From positions 144,274,001 to 144,338,000 of the forward strand of contig NC_086104.1 in the NCBI RefSeq assembly GCF_963921235.1: a DNA stretch of 64,000 nt, in the 5' to 3' direction. Shown piece by piece: positions 1 through 13,039 of the stretch; the first letter of the stretch is position 1; every line of letters begins with the position of its first letter. The position numbers and the translations under genes were made by a program. This DNA comes from Mobula hypostoma. Lineage: Eukaryota. Below the pieces are notes generated by a model. The model was not told where the DNA came from and did no database searches. It worked only from the letters and a program-made list of their open reading frames with translations.

Positions 1-2045
1 ACAACCTCTCGCAATATGCAAAAACTACAGCAAACTGTCAGGTAAGCCAACTTCATTGGCTGCAGTCTACCATCAATGCAGGACTTGTATGTGTCCAGAC
101 AAAAAAAAAGTGAGTGGGGAAAAAAAAATCACTGCAGCCACTACCTACCTGGCTAATTGCTTTAACCGAGAGCTCCCTTTTAGGAAGCACTACTGGGCAA
201 TTTAAACAAAACAAAACTTCACATTATCTTAAAAGTTTCTTCCCCCAGGAAGTTAATCTGATCAACCATTTTAGTTTACTCCTTTATCAATGACCTCAAT
301 CGCTGTACTGTAGTAAACACTTTAAACCAATTTTTATAATGCTGTTTACACTGTAAATACATGCTGGTATATATGTATTTGTGCACAGTTTATTCCATAT
401 CCATACTTCTAACTTTATTTTTATATAATTATTATTTAATTGCTGAGTGTTGTTTTTTGCTGCATGTTGCATCCTGACCAACACACCACAGCAAATTCTT
501 AATACATGTAAATGTTTATGGTGAGTAAAGTTGATCCTTGATTTATTGCAGTATTTATTATTCCCACACAGCTTGTTTACTCTATCAATGTCAAGCAAGC
601 AAGAAATTGCATCGCAACCTGGTGTCTATGACAATAAACTAACCCGAATCTGAAGAGACCTGCTTCTGCTTCAGGGTAGCTACAATTAGACGGCTGTCTG
701 GCACCTGTCCTGAGAAGGTCATGGATGTCGCCTTGACCAACCTTTCCCATATTACAATCTTTCTTACGTTACAACACCAAGCACATTAGCACATAGCACT
801 AAGTACTTAATTGACAGTGGTGTTGTGGTAAAATTTTGTGAAATATTAGATGAAAGTCTGAACAACTCCAAGTGACACTTCAGCTCTTTGAGAGCTCACA
901 GTTTACAGATAGCAGCTGGAGTCTTCCTTGGCCTCAAGGCACAAGTGGCATCGGGTTGTTTGAATGAAAGAAACCATGCTGAGTTAGTGGCATGAGAAGA
1001 AAAGACCAAAGGGTTTATCTGTCTCTGCCTGTCTCTCAATGCTTGTGGATTGAACCCCTATTTATTGAGGTACATTTCCCTCACTTCTTGGGACTTCACC
1101 TAGAGTGAGGAATCGCGATGGAATGATGCCTAGGACGGACTCAGGGTGATTTCACAAGTTGGAATTCAGAGTTCTCCTGACAACAGCAGCCATCAAGTGC
1201 CCCCACAACAGTGCCAATCAAGTGGGGCTGAGAATCGTGAGCCCTGAAATCTTTGTAACTTGCTACATAGTACTTTGTGTGGTTTATTTGTGCTTTCTAT
1301 TCTATGATAATAAATTAGGCTTTAGCTTACTGTTGGGCTTGTATGCTTATTACCATATCTCCGGGACACTTGAATTGGTTTGGGCCTTTTGGGTCTGATC
1401 AACCCAGCCCATTACATAGTTAAGACATTTGTAATCGTTATGAGTTTGTGAAAGACATAATCGAAATACTATTCCCAATTATACAGTACAGCAGGGACCA
1501 TAAATACTGCAATCTACAGCAAATCAATTGACGAATCTTAAGAGTGAGGTCAACTAAAGATTCCAGCTACAATCAGATAATTCAGTTCAGACCTCTTTGT
1601 GCACATAATGAGTGTCTTTAGTCAATTAAGTTATAGGAAGGGCAGCCAACTTAAAAGTTATCCCGTGAAAGCCTTTGAGGCGGTTCATTCATAAAATGTG
1701 GGCTGTAATTACAGAAAGATTGACTTTATTTGTCATATGTACATTGAAATATCGAAACGCACAGTGAAATGCGTCATTTGCATCAGTCCGAGGATGCGCC
1801 GGGGGCAGCCTGCAAGTGTCGCCATGCTTCTGGCGCCAACATAGCGCGGGCACAACTTACTATCCCCAACCAGTCCGTCTTTGGAGGTGTGGAGGGAGAC
1901 CAGGGCACCCGGAGTCATAGGAAAAACATATAAAATCCTCACAGATGGTGGCAGGAATTGAACCGCAATCTCACAGCTGGCAGTGCAAAGCATTGCACTA
2001 ACTGCTATGCTACCGTGCCACTTACAGACTGGCATGAGGACCAAC

Positions 2046-2176
2046 CTGCATCACAGTCACTGCTCCGTATGTCACCGCCGACCAGTACACAGTTCCCACC
2101 ACGATGCTGGCCGCTGCAAAAGGGCTGGCTTTGGACAGAATGCGGTCGATTTGGTGTAAGGAATAAACAACAGGAC
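2046..2176 (-). CDS. march5l: MARCHF5-like exon 3, first transmembrane region (GPVVYSLHQIDRILSKASPFAAASIVVGTVYWSAVTYGAVTVMQ)
   Basis: Manual translation (not in the ORF track); acceptor gttcttcag, donor GTTGG; 131 nt; YWxAVTYGAVTVMQ is characteristic of MARCHF5. Later exons were not found and probably lie left of the window. Confidence 0.93.
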
Positions 2177-5063
2177 CTGAAGAACAGAGTTATACAAATG
2201 TCAGGACAAGCCGTCACTGAAAATAATACAATACAAGCCATATGTTCCTGTGACAGCTTTATAGTTATTTTCATAACTTCTCAAGCTTATGCATAACTTG
2301 GCTCTAACTTGCTTAAGTAACAGAATGTTTCTGATTTGCTTGCCCTTACAAAGCTTGTTGGAAGTATACGGTTAGCACTGCAGATACTGCTGCTCACTCA
2401 CAGATCCAGGAAATTTGCTGTCCCTATGAAATTTGCACATTCTAACGAAGACTGTGTGAGTTTCTCCTGGGTGCTCTGGTTTCCTCTCGTATCTCAAAGA
2501 AAGTTAGTTGGTCAGTGTGACTTGGCCCTGTATACACTGGTGACAGGAGGAGGTGAAGTGCATGCAGCACAAGTGAGAGTTAGTGCATGGACCACCGGGA
2601 AGTAGTAGGTTTGTGAACCTGCACTGACTCAGTAGGTCAAATGGCCTGTTGTGTTGTGAGAAACATAAATATGTGAATTTGCACATTTTTCTCTAGCCAA
2701 ACTCAACTCACAAGGTCAAGTCTCATCCCAGACTGAGACCTGTACTCCCAACAGTTTGAATGCAAAATGGATCTGGACACAGAACATTTTGGTTTCAATG
2801 AACTACAGCAAAGTTCAGGGAAAATTTATTATCATATATATGTATATGTCAGCAAATACAACTCTGAGATAAATTGCAGGCACACTCAATAACTCTATAG
2901 AATAATAACCATCACACAATCAATGAAAGAACACACCAGCTTGGGTATTCGACCAGAGTGCAAGAGACATCAAACCGGGCAAAGACATAAAGGAGGGAGA
3001 TGAAGAGTCCTTGAAAGTGAGTTCATTGGTTGAACATTGAAACATTTCAATGATGGGGTGAGTGAAGTTATCCCCTTTGGTTCAAGAACCTGATGATTTT
3101 GGGGAAGTAACTGTTCCTGAGCCCTGAGGCTCCTGTACCTACTTCCAGTGAGAAGAGAGCATGTCTTGGGTGGTTGGGGTGGGAGTGGGGGGGGTCCCTG
3201 ATGATGGATGCTGCTTTTCTGCAACAGTGTTTCATGTAGATGTGTTCAATGGTGAGGATGGAATGAACAGTGAGAACAAGCAATCCTACAGTGAAAGATC
3301 CCCACATACAAATACGAGGCAGTTCAATTGGAGAGTAAGGAAACCAGTGTTGCCATTCGCCCTTAAGTCAACAACCATAGCGTGGGTGCAAAAGCTATGA
3401 GTCTGCCACAGGGAATTGCCCTTCCCTGTACCAATGCTGAATTAGATGAATGTGCACACACATTTGCAGAGTGATCCACTCCTTTTGGTCTGTCCATGTG
3501 TGGGTTCTGCAGCTGCTCTGGCTTCGCACTTGCTCCAACAGGAGCACAGCACTGAGCCACATGCTAGGTAAATGCTGCTCTTCTAGCAGCGACAGGATGG
3601 TATGGTCAAAGGCTATGGGAGAATGGGATTGAGAGGGAAAAATAAATCAGCCACGATTGACTGGTGGAGTGGACTGAACGGCCTAATTTTGCTCCCATGT
3701 ATTGTAGATTGAAGAAAATTGAGTGAACCTCTCAGGATTCATTAATCCATTCTCAAAATCATGTTATCACCAAAGGGGCCAATATTTATTGTCCACCTGT
3801 AAATGAAAACTCTTGGAGTAGGCAAGTGAGTTACTACAGGGCATTTTGTAGATTGCGATGGAGGGAAGAAGAGGTTGATGGGATGTCAGTCAAATGGGAT
3901 TCTTTATCCTGGTCATTGTAGCTGGGATGACTGATCTCCAGCAACCAAAGTCTATAAGGAACAACTCCATTCATGATGTGTTTTTCTTTTGTTGGCTGCT
4001 TGCTTTAGTTTTACCATAGGATGCCCTGATACCACACTCAAATACTGCTTTTAACAGAAATCATGTTCAACCCTAAGGATGAGGTGAATAGGAAAAGGTA
4101 CTTGAACACATTATTTGGAATCACAATCATCCAGAGATAGGAACCAGTGGAACAACAAAGAGTCTGCTGGAGGAAATCAGCAGATCTTAACTCAACCACC
4201 CCAACCCCCCTAAATCAAGATGTAGTTCGATCTCCTGACTTCCTCCAGCAGATTGCTTGTTGGTTGGGTTGAGTTGTTCTCTGATCTTGGCAATCCACTT
4301 GCAAACATTTTATCACCACACAAGGAGATATAATCTGTGTGCTGTTTATTTGGTGTATCCTCCAAATGCTTCACCTTTATATACCTATCAATTAGCTGAT
4401 TGGTCATCATGACGGAAACTAAATTTGTGATGTATGGAGGGGGTTTCATCGCTGCTTGGTTGTGTGGAGAACTTTGCGTATTGTGGTCTGAAATTTTGCC
4501 CACATTGGCTTATAAATAGGATTGAGGTCTACATATCTGTCAATAGAATTGTTTGCAGAAAACTATGCTTCAACAAATTCTCTTGCAAGTCTCTTTCACT
4601 CATGCCCAGTCAAATTTGTGCTTCTTGTTCCTTGTTGCTCCAGATTCCAGAATCTGCAGTTTCTTGTGTCTCCAAGAGAACCTCTTGGATAAGCCTCAAT
4701 AAATCTAAATCCTAGGAAAAGTAGTGGATATGCCCAGTCCATCCTTGGTAGAGCTTTCTCAAACATTGAGCACATCTACATGAAACACTGTAGCAAGAAA
4801 GCAGCATCAATCATCAGGGACCCCCATCACCCAAGACATGCTCTTTTCTCACTCCTGCTATCAGGAAGAAGGTACCAGAGCCTCTGAACTCGCACCACCA
4901 GGTTTAGGAACAGTTACTACCTGTCAACCATCAGGCTCTTGAACAAAGGGGATAACTTCACTCAACTCCACTTGCTCCATCATTGAAATGTATCCCACAA
5001 CCAATGAACTCACTTTCAAGAACTTATCATCTCATGTTCTTTATATTTATTATCTATTTATTA

Positions 5064-5370
5064 GTGTTGGCGCGTGGCCAAGTGGTTAAGGTGTCGGTCT
5101 AGTGATCTGAAGGCCGCTAGTTCGAGCCTCAGCTGAGGTAGTGTGTTGTGTCCTTGGGCAAGGCACTTAACCACACATTGCTCTGCGACGACACCGGTGC
5201 CAAGCTGTATCGGCCCTAGTGCCCTTCCCTTGGACAACATCGGTGTCGTGGAGAGGGGAGACTTGCAGCATGGGCAGCTGCCGGTCTTCCATACAACCTT
5301 GCCCAGGCCTGCCGCCTGGAAACCTTCCAAGGCGCAAATCCATGGTCTCATGAGACTAACGGATGTCTAT
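5064..5370 (+). mobile_element. tRNA-derived SINE with CORE-like central domain, nested in a Rex fragment
   Basis: A box TGGCCAAGTGG, B box AGTTCGAGCC, GTGTCCTTGGGCAAGGCACTTAAC; second copy at 36063-36372. Confidence 0.8.
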
Positions 5371-5589
5371 AATTTTTTTGTATTATTTCTTTACTTTTGC
5401 AGTTTGTTGTTTTTTGTACTCTAGCTGAATGTCCTAGTTGGGTGGTCTTCCATTGATTCTGTTATAGCTATTCTATAGATTTGTTGAGTATGCCCCCAAG
5501 AAAATGAATCTCAAAGTATTTTACAGTGACGTATATGCACTTTGATAATAACATTTACTTTGAATTTTTACATCTTGTGTACCCACCAC

Positions 5590-6260
5590 CTAACCATCAA
5601 CTGTAAAAAAAACAGAAGTATGGTAATATCAAAACAGCAAGATACTCCCAACTGCCAATTGTACATGGGTAACCAAGAGATTGAACAAAAGACCAGTTTT
5701 AATTACCTTGGTAGCTTTATATCACAAGATGCTAGAAGTAGAAATAAAAAGAAGAATTGCCATTGCCAAAACCAACTTCCAAAAAATGAAACCCATTTTT
5801 ACCACCGACAAGGCTTAGGCTACTAAAATGTTACATCTGGTCAGTCTTGCTGTATGCTTCCAAAACATGGACTATAACACCAGAACTCCAAAGAAACTTA
5901 GAAGCAACAGAAATGTGGTTTCTTAGAAGAATGCTGAAAATATCATATAGAGATCAGGTAACTAATGAGACAGTACTCCAAAGTGCACACCCAAAAAGAT
6001 CTTTAATGAGAACATTAAATGAGAGGTAACTTAAATTCCTCGGTCATGTCATCAGAAAGGGAGAAATAGAATGCCTCACATTTCAAGGCTGTATGCCTGG
6101 GAAATGCGGAAGAGGAACGCAAAGAAGAAAATATATGGACACAGTGAAAGAACTAACAGATCTAAGTGTGCGAGATATCATTGATGCTGCGAGGGATCGC
6201 TCGATGTGGAGAGTCATGATCGCCCAAGTGTGTAACGGGGAGGGCACATGAAGAAGAAGT
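5590..6260 (+). mobile_element. RTE-clade LINE 3' fragment
   Basis: FNYLGS, LYASKTW, EATEMWFLRRMLKISYRDQVTNETVL; (GAA)n tail. Confidence 0.8.
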
Positions 6261-6578
6261 AGTACCCACCACAGCAGTTTCACATCATTTCACTGAGTAC
6301 CAACTCACAACGGTAAAGCACAAGGACCTGTATGGGTGTGCTTGATTGGTATTTGCTGCTATTGTAACTCCAGGCTTGATTTAGGACACATTATTGAAAT
6401 GGCTCACGGGCTTGGGTTGACACTGGAATTGCCATTTGGCTAGTATCTGATTGGAAATAACACCTGCAGATCCTTGATTGGTCATTTAAAAAAAACAGAA
6501 GAAAAGCACAGCATAAGTGGAAGGAAAAGGTTTCCCTTGTAGATTTTGAAGGCAGTAACACTTAGTTTAGTTGCTTAC

Positions 6579-6781
6579 CTAACTTTGGGAAGACAATCAA
6601 GTACTCTGTGTTGCATTGTGGACACGCCACCCGGCCTGTGCTGTTCCCTTTCTGTTTCTCATCAAGCCATCGCTGTAGACATGCCTGATGGATCCACTTT
6701 GTTGATCCTTTGCACCGACATGGGCTTACCCATTCTGCAGAGCGATCATCAAGGTCAGTGGCGAAGCACACCCAGCAGTTC
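6579..6781 (-). CDS. march5l: MARCHF5-like exon 2, RING-CH domain (NCWVCFATDLDDRSAEWVSPCRCKGSTKWIHQACLQRWLDEKQKGNSTGRVACPQCNTEYLIVFPKL)
   Basis: C4HC3 RING-CH motif in ORF 6562..6789; acceptor ttttgcccag and donor GTAAGC; 203 nt. Confidence 0.95.
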
Positions 6782-7709
6782 CTGGGCAAAACAAATGGGG
6801 AGAAGTCATGAAATTAATTAACTGGGTTCCTCGTGATAACTTAAACAGCCTCAGGGAGGAAAGCTAATGGGGAATATGTTGAGGTTGTCAGCTCTGGTAC
6901 TTTCAAAGATTTTATTGATCAATTTCCCTAACTCTGACATCTGAAAGATTGGATTGCTGCTACATCCATCTCCTCAATGCTCTTGGTAACTTGAGTCTGA
7001 CAATGTTGGCAGATACCTCTGAAAATTCAAACAGATTTATTTTGAGATACACCATGATAACAAACCACTTCGGCCCAATGAGTCCATGCTGCCCAATTAC
7101 ATCCATGTGACCAATTAACCTCGTGACCAGTATGTCCTTGGGATGCAGAATGAATCTGAAGAAAACCCACATGATTACAGGGAGAACATACTATCTCCTT
7201 ACAGGCAGAAGCTGAACTGAACTCGGGTGGCTGGTGCTGCAATAGTGTTGAGGTAACAGCTATTATGCTACCCTTTGCTGGGACAAAATTCACACAGATG
7301 CTCTGTAAGTTTCTAAGGACAGAAAACCCAAACACCCAAAACTAATGTGGGGAGGGCAGTGTCTCTGAGTAGATATGGTATTGGTGGGGGGGGGAGCTAC
7401 TGCACAGGATCGAAATAAGCTGCAGAGATTTGTAAACCTAGTCTGCTCCATCACAGGTACTAGCCTCGGTAGTATCCATCAAAAAGACAGCACCCATCCT
7501 TAAGGTCACCCAGGTCATGCCTTGTTCTCAGTGTTACCATCAGGAAGCAGAAACAGAAGCCTGAAGGCACACAATCAGCGACTCAGGGGAACAGCTTCCT
7601 CCACCCTACCATTCAATTCCTGCCACAAAGGCAAAAAATGTCACGACATATGCTAGTGATATTAAACCTGATTCTGATAAATATGTCAACTATCAATCGA
7701 TCAAGTATA

Positions 7710-8355
7710 CAGCTGAAGTCAGAAGTTTACATACACCTTAGCCAAACACATTAAACTCAATTTTTCACAATTCCTGATATTTAATCCTAGAAAACATTCC
7801 CTGTCCTAGGTCAGTTAGGATCACTACTTTAAGAATGTGAAATGTTAGAATAATAGTAGAGAGAATGATTTATTTCAGCTTTTATTTCTTTCATCACTTT
7901 CCCAGTGGGTCAGAAGTTTACATACACTTTGTTAGTATTTGGTAGTGTTGCCTTTAAATTGTTTAACTTGGGTCAAATGTTTTGGGTAGCCTTTCACAAG
8001 CTTCTCACAGTAAGTTGCTGGAATCTTGTTCTATTCCTCCAGACAGAACTGGTGTAACTGAGTCAGGTTTGTAGGCCTTCTTGCCCACACACGCTTTTTC
8101 AGTTCTGCTCACAAATTTTCTATCAGACTGAGGTCAGAAAATGATGTCAAGTCTGGTTCATCCTTGGGAGCAATTTCCAAACGCGTGAAGGTACCATATT
8201 CATATTATTATTATTCTGACATTTCACATTCTTAAAATAGTGATCCTAACTGACCTAAGACAGGGAATGCTTTCTAGGATTAAATGTCAGGAATTGTGAA
8301 AAACTGAGCTGAAATGTATTTGGCTAAGGTGTATGTAAACTTCTGACTTCAACTG
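7710..8355. mobile_element. Sleeping Beauty-like Tc1 (IR/DR type) non-autonomous derivative
   Basis: TA flanks (7708-9, 8356-7); TIRs CAG(C/T)TGAAGTCAGAAGTTTACATACACCTTAGCCAAA; inner DR at ~7902-7928; transposase C-terminus on - (8137-7932) and N-terminal piece KSGSSLGAISKRVKVP on + (8149-8197). Confidence 0.9.
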
Positions 8356-8877
8356 TACCTGTGACCATGTTTGATGAGCTAAGTGATATCAGTCTGGTCT
8401 GAAAGATTGTTTCAATTCAGTCTGGTGCAAATAACTTAGCCAGTACTGTCTGGCTTGATGCAGGCCAATTACTGCACTGTCTTACATTTGGATGACGCAG
8501 TTGAAAATATATCATGGTCATTTTACTTGCAAACCATATCTCTTGAGCAGCTGTGGGTCAGCAGCCTGTGCTCGGTACAGTGCTGTTTGTTAGCAAAGCT
8601 GCCTTTTTAATTACAAACTGATTACTGCTTGCAATTTGCATTAAGAACTGAAGACTGATTCTTACTTGAATTAGTGGCTGCTATTTACAAATAATTTCAT
8701 AACTCCAGAATAATCCTTAACAGGATGGCTGCCGTATCCACCTCCACAGTGCTCTTAGCAACCTACGTTAGTTAGAAAACCAACTCCACAGTCATGGAGT
8801 CATACAAGATGGAAACTGGACCCAAGTCTGTGCCAACCATCAGAATCAGAATCAGGTTCATTGCCTGACCTCAGGGG

Positions 8878-10535
8878 TTGGGAAGATGTTGGAGTCAATT
8901 ATTAAGGATGAGGTCTCAGGCTACTTGGAGGTATATAACAAAAATAGGCTGTAGTCAGCATGGTTTCCTCAAGGGACAATCTTGCCCGACAAATCTGTTG
9001 GAACTATTTGAAGAGATAAGCAGGTTAGACAAAGGAGAATTGGTCGATGTTGTGGACTTGGATATTCAAAGGCCTTTGACATGGTGTCACACATGAATCT
9101 GCTTAACAAGTTATCAGCACATCAGCACTTGTTTGTGGTTTTTGTATTGCTATATTTACGCTCTATTCTTGGTTGGTGCGGCTATAACGAAACCAGATTT
9201 CCCTCGGGATTAATAAAGTATATCTATCTATTACAGGAAAGATTCTAACATGGACAAAGCAGTGGCTGATTGGCAGGAGGCAAAGGGTGGGAATAAAGGG
9301 AGCATTTTCTGACTGGCTGCCATTGACTAGTGGTGTTCCACAGGGGTCTGTGTTGGGACCAATTCTTTTTACGTTATATGTCAATGACTTAGATAAGGGA
9401 ATTGATTTACAAGAGAAAATCTGCAGATGTTGGAAATCCGAGCAACACACACAAAATGCTGACAACCTCAGCAGGCCAAGCAGCATCTATGGAAAAGAGT
9501 ACAGTCGAGGTTTCGGCCCAAAACATTGACTGTACTTTTTTCCATAGATGCTGCGTGGCCCGCTGAGTTCCTCCAGTATTTTGTGAGGGAATTGATGGCT
9601 TTGTTGCAAAGTTTGTAAATGATATAAAGATAGGTAAAGGGGCAGGTAATTTTGAGGAAGTAGAGAGACTACAGAAGAAATCAGGCAAATTAGGAGAATG
9701 GGCAAAGAAGTGGCAAATGGAATACAGTGTTAGGATGTGTATGGTCATACACTTTGGTAGAATAAATAAAAGAGTAGGCTATTTTCTAAATAGAGAGAAA
9801 ATGCAAAAAGAAAGAGGTTCAAAGTGACTTGGGAGTCCTTGTTCGGGATTCCCTAAAGGTTAATTTGCAGGTTGAGTCTGTGGTGAGGAAGGCAAATGTG
9901 ATGTTAGCAATCATTTCAAGAGGACTAGAATATAAAAACAAAGATGTAATGTTGAAACTTTATAAAGCACTCATGAGGCCTCACTTGGAGTATTGTGAAG
10001 AGTTTTGGGTCCCTTATCTTAGAAAAGATGTGCTGAAACTGGAGAGGGTTCAAAGGAGGTTCATGAAAATGATTCCAGGATTGAACAGCTTGTCATATAA
10101 AAAACATTTAATGGCTTTGGGCTTATATTCACTGGAATTCAGAAAAATGAGTGGACCTATTTGAAACCTGTCGAATGGTGAAAGGCTTTGATAGAATGGA
10201 AGTGGAGAGGATGTTTCCTATGTTGGGAGAGACCAAGACCAGAGGACACAATCTCAGAATAGAGAGGCAACCTTTTGGAACAGAGATAAGGAGAATTTTC
10301 TTTAGCCAGAGAGTGGTAAATCTGTGGAATTCATTGCCACAGGCAGCTGTGGAGGCCAAGTCTTTATGAATATTTAAAGCAGAGGTCGACAGAATCTCGA
10401 TTGATCAGGGCATGAAGGGATTTGGGGAGAAGGCAGAAGATTGGAGCTGAGAGGAAAAATGGATCAGCCATGATGAAATGGCAGAGCAGACTCGATGGGC
10501 CAAATAGCCTAATTCTGCTCCTATATCTTATGGTC
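8878..10535 (+). mobile_element. CR1 LINE 3' fragment with nested insertions
   Basis: SGVPQGSVLGPILF, RPHLEYC, LWNSLP; 3' tail ctcctatatcttatggtc. Confidence 0.9.
9407..9585. mobile_element. Palindromic Penelope-derived mini-element inserted in a CR1
   Basis: Inverted arms centred near 9515; 11-bp TSD AGGGAATTGAT at 9396-9406 and 9586-9596; the uninterrupted site is seen in the CR1 copy near 38285. Confidence 0.85.
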
Positions 10536-11832
10536 TAACATATGTAACTAAATTTGTTGCTTTGCGGCTGCAGTACAGTGCAAAACAAAAACTTTTAATA
10601 TAAATATTAATAAAAAGCAAAAAAGAGGAACATTGAGGTAGTTTTCATGGATCGTTCAGAAACCTGATTGCAGAGGGGGAGAAGTTGTTGAACGTGCATA
10701 TTGAGTCTCCTGTCCCTCCTTCCTAATGTCAGTAATGAGAAGATGGTATATCCAGGATGGTGAGGATGCTGCTTTTTTGAGGCAGTGCGTTTTGAAGATG
10801 TCCTCGATGGTGGAGAAAGCTTGTGCCCGCGATGGAGCTGGATGACTCTACAACTCGCTACCGCCTCTTTTGATCCTGCACGTCAGTGCTTCCACACCAG
10901 GCAGGGAAAACATCCAGTCAAAATGCTCTCCACAGTACATCTGAAGAAATTTGCTAGCCTTTGGTGACAAACCAAATCGGATCAATCTCCTAATAAAGTG
11001 CAGCCACTGGTGTGCCTTCCTCATGATTTTTATCAATACTTTGGGGCCAGGATCGATCCTCTGAGATGTTGATGCCTATACATTTAGACACATCCTTTAT
11101 TAATCCCACATTTTATTTTCCCCTGTGTTTTTGCTAATTGGCCCCAGATTCTGCCCATTGCCTACACACTAGTGACAATTTACAGTGGCCAAGAAACTCA
11201 CATCCTTTTGGCATCTGCAAGCATAAGACAAAGGAGCAGAGTCTGCTTTACATTTCATCGTGGCGAATTTATTGTCCCTCCCAACTCTATTTGCTTGCCT
11301 TGTAACCTTTGACACCTGTAACGACCCAAACCAAGGCAGCAGTAAGCCACCTGGCCTTTCACCTTTCTCACATCACCCGCCTTGATTATACATTATTATA
11401 CATTCCAGGGTGAGGGTGTTCTTGAGATTGCCGATTATTTTTTTCAAAACAGTGGATAAACCTGAGAACGGAAAGACCAGTGGGTAAAACTGGGGCAAAA
11501 GGGGGAAGAGTGGGCAGTATGAGGAAGGGCGCAATGAGGAGGGGAATGTATGTGAGCAGGCAGATGATTGAGGGTGCCTGCGGGGTGTGGGGGCAAGGGT
11601 GGAGAGGGAGAAGGCCGTAGGGTGAGAGTGGGCAGTGACAGCGAGGGAAAGGGTAGGGTGGGGATAGAGGGTGGGGGGGGCAGGGAATACAGGGGAGGAT
11701 CAGGGAGGGGAAGAGAGAGTGCCGGTGAAGGTTGAGAGAAACAGCAACGAGTCCATGATTATATATCCGCGACCTAGCCCGTCTCCTTCCCCCACCCCTC
11801 TCGCTCCAAAGTTATCCCTTTCTCCGACTCAC

Positions 11833-11867
11833 CGCTCCAGCCCCGAGAGCCCACCTCCCGCTGCCAT
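11833..11867 (-). CDS. march5l: MARCHF5-like (march5l/MARCH5B type) E3 ubiquitin ligase, coding exon 1 (MAAGGGLSGLE-R)
   Basis: Minus-strand ATG GCA GCG GGA GGT GGG CTC TCG GGG CTG GAG CG|GTGAGT; 35 nt with phase-2 donor that joins exon 2 in frame; same length as the recalled MARCHF5 coding exon 1; next to a CCAAT-rich promoter. Confidence 0.85.
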
Positions 11868-11899
11868 ATCTAAAGCAGCTGCTGCGGAACCAGCTTCTG

Positions 11900-12155
11900 G
11901 AGTAAAGAAAATCTAGACCCAGGCTTTAGGCCTCATAGTGCGGAACTCCAACCTACCATCTGATTGGACAATCGCTGGGAGCGAGCGACCAACCAATCAC
12001 GAAACAGAAGCTTTTCAATCCTGTTCGTCTAATGGTTAATGTATCTGTCAATCATTGAAGAGACCAAACTGCGCATCCTGTCGATTACTGGTCAACTTTT
12101 ACAGGGTTATGCAGAAATCTCTTTGATTATTGGTGAATGCTTCTGCCAATCATAC
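11900..12155 (-). promoter_or_regulatory. march5l promoter with clustered CCAAT (NF-Y) boxes
   Basis: ATTGG 11963, CCAAT 11993, ATTGG 12129, CCAAT 12146 directly upstream of the minus-strand ATG; locally CpG-richer. Confidence 0.6.
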
Positions 12156-13039
12156 GATGAACTTCATAAACACAAGTCATTGTGTGATGTTGGGAGTATC
12201 AATAAATGCACAAAATGCTAGACTCGCTCAGCAAGTCAGGCAGTATCTTTTAGAGGAGACAGTCTACATTTCGAGCCGAGACTCTTCATAAGGACTGCCC
12301 TTCCATAGACGCGCAGTGCAGTGTTTACTGACTGGTGCATCACAGCCTGGTATGGAAACACCAATGCCCTTGAATGGAAAGTTTCGACAAAAATTAGTGG
12401 ATTCAGCCCAGTCCATCCCATTGCGCATTTACAAGGAGCGCTGTTGCGGCACCACCAGGTTCGGGAACGGTTATTACCTCTTAAATATCGGGCCCTTGAA
12501 CCAAAGGGGATAACTTCACTTGTAAGAGAAAATCTGCAGATGTTGGAAATCAAAGTAACACGCACAAAATGCTGGAGGAACTCAGCAGACCAGGCAGCAT
12601 CTATGGAAAAGAGTAAATAGTCAATGTTTGGGGCCGAAACCTTTCATCAGGACTCATTATTATTATTATTATTTATTTTTTGTATATGCAGTTTGTTGTA
12701 TTTTGCACACTGGTTCAACGCCCAAGTTGGTGCGGTCTTTCATTGATTTTATTACGGATTTATTTTGTATGTCTGCAAGAAAATGAATCTCAGGATTGTA
12801 TATGATGACATACAAGTTCAAAATTAAAAGTAAGTTTACTATCAAAGTTCATATAGGTCACCATATACAACATGAGATTCATTTTATGTACTCTGATAAT
12901 ACATTTGCTTTGAACTTTGCGCTAACTTCCTCCTCTTATCTTCGAAGACGAACTCTTTATCTCATAATAACAAGCAACACACATCAAAGTTGGTGAACGC
13001 AGCAGGCCAGGCAGCATCTATAGGAAATGAATGGTTATC

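Noticed and set aside
1-2045. MARCHF5-like exon 4
   Set aside because: No VVGHK/RWED-like frame with splice sites was found; presumably outside the window.
5064-5140. Functional tRNA gene (also 36063-36140)
   Set aside because: A/B boxes run into a shared ~230-bp SINE body and there is no proper cloverleaf.
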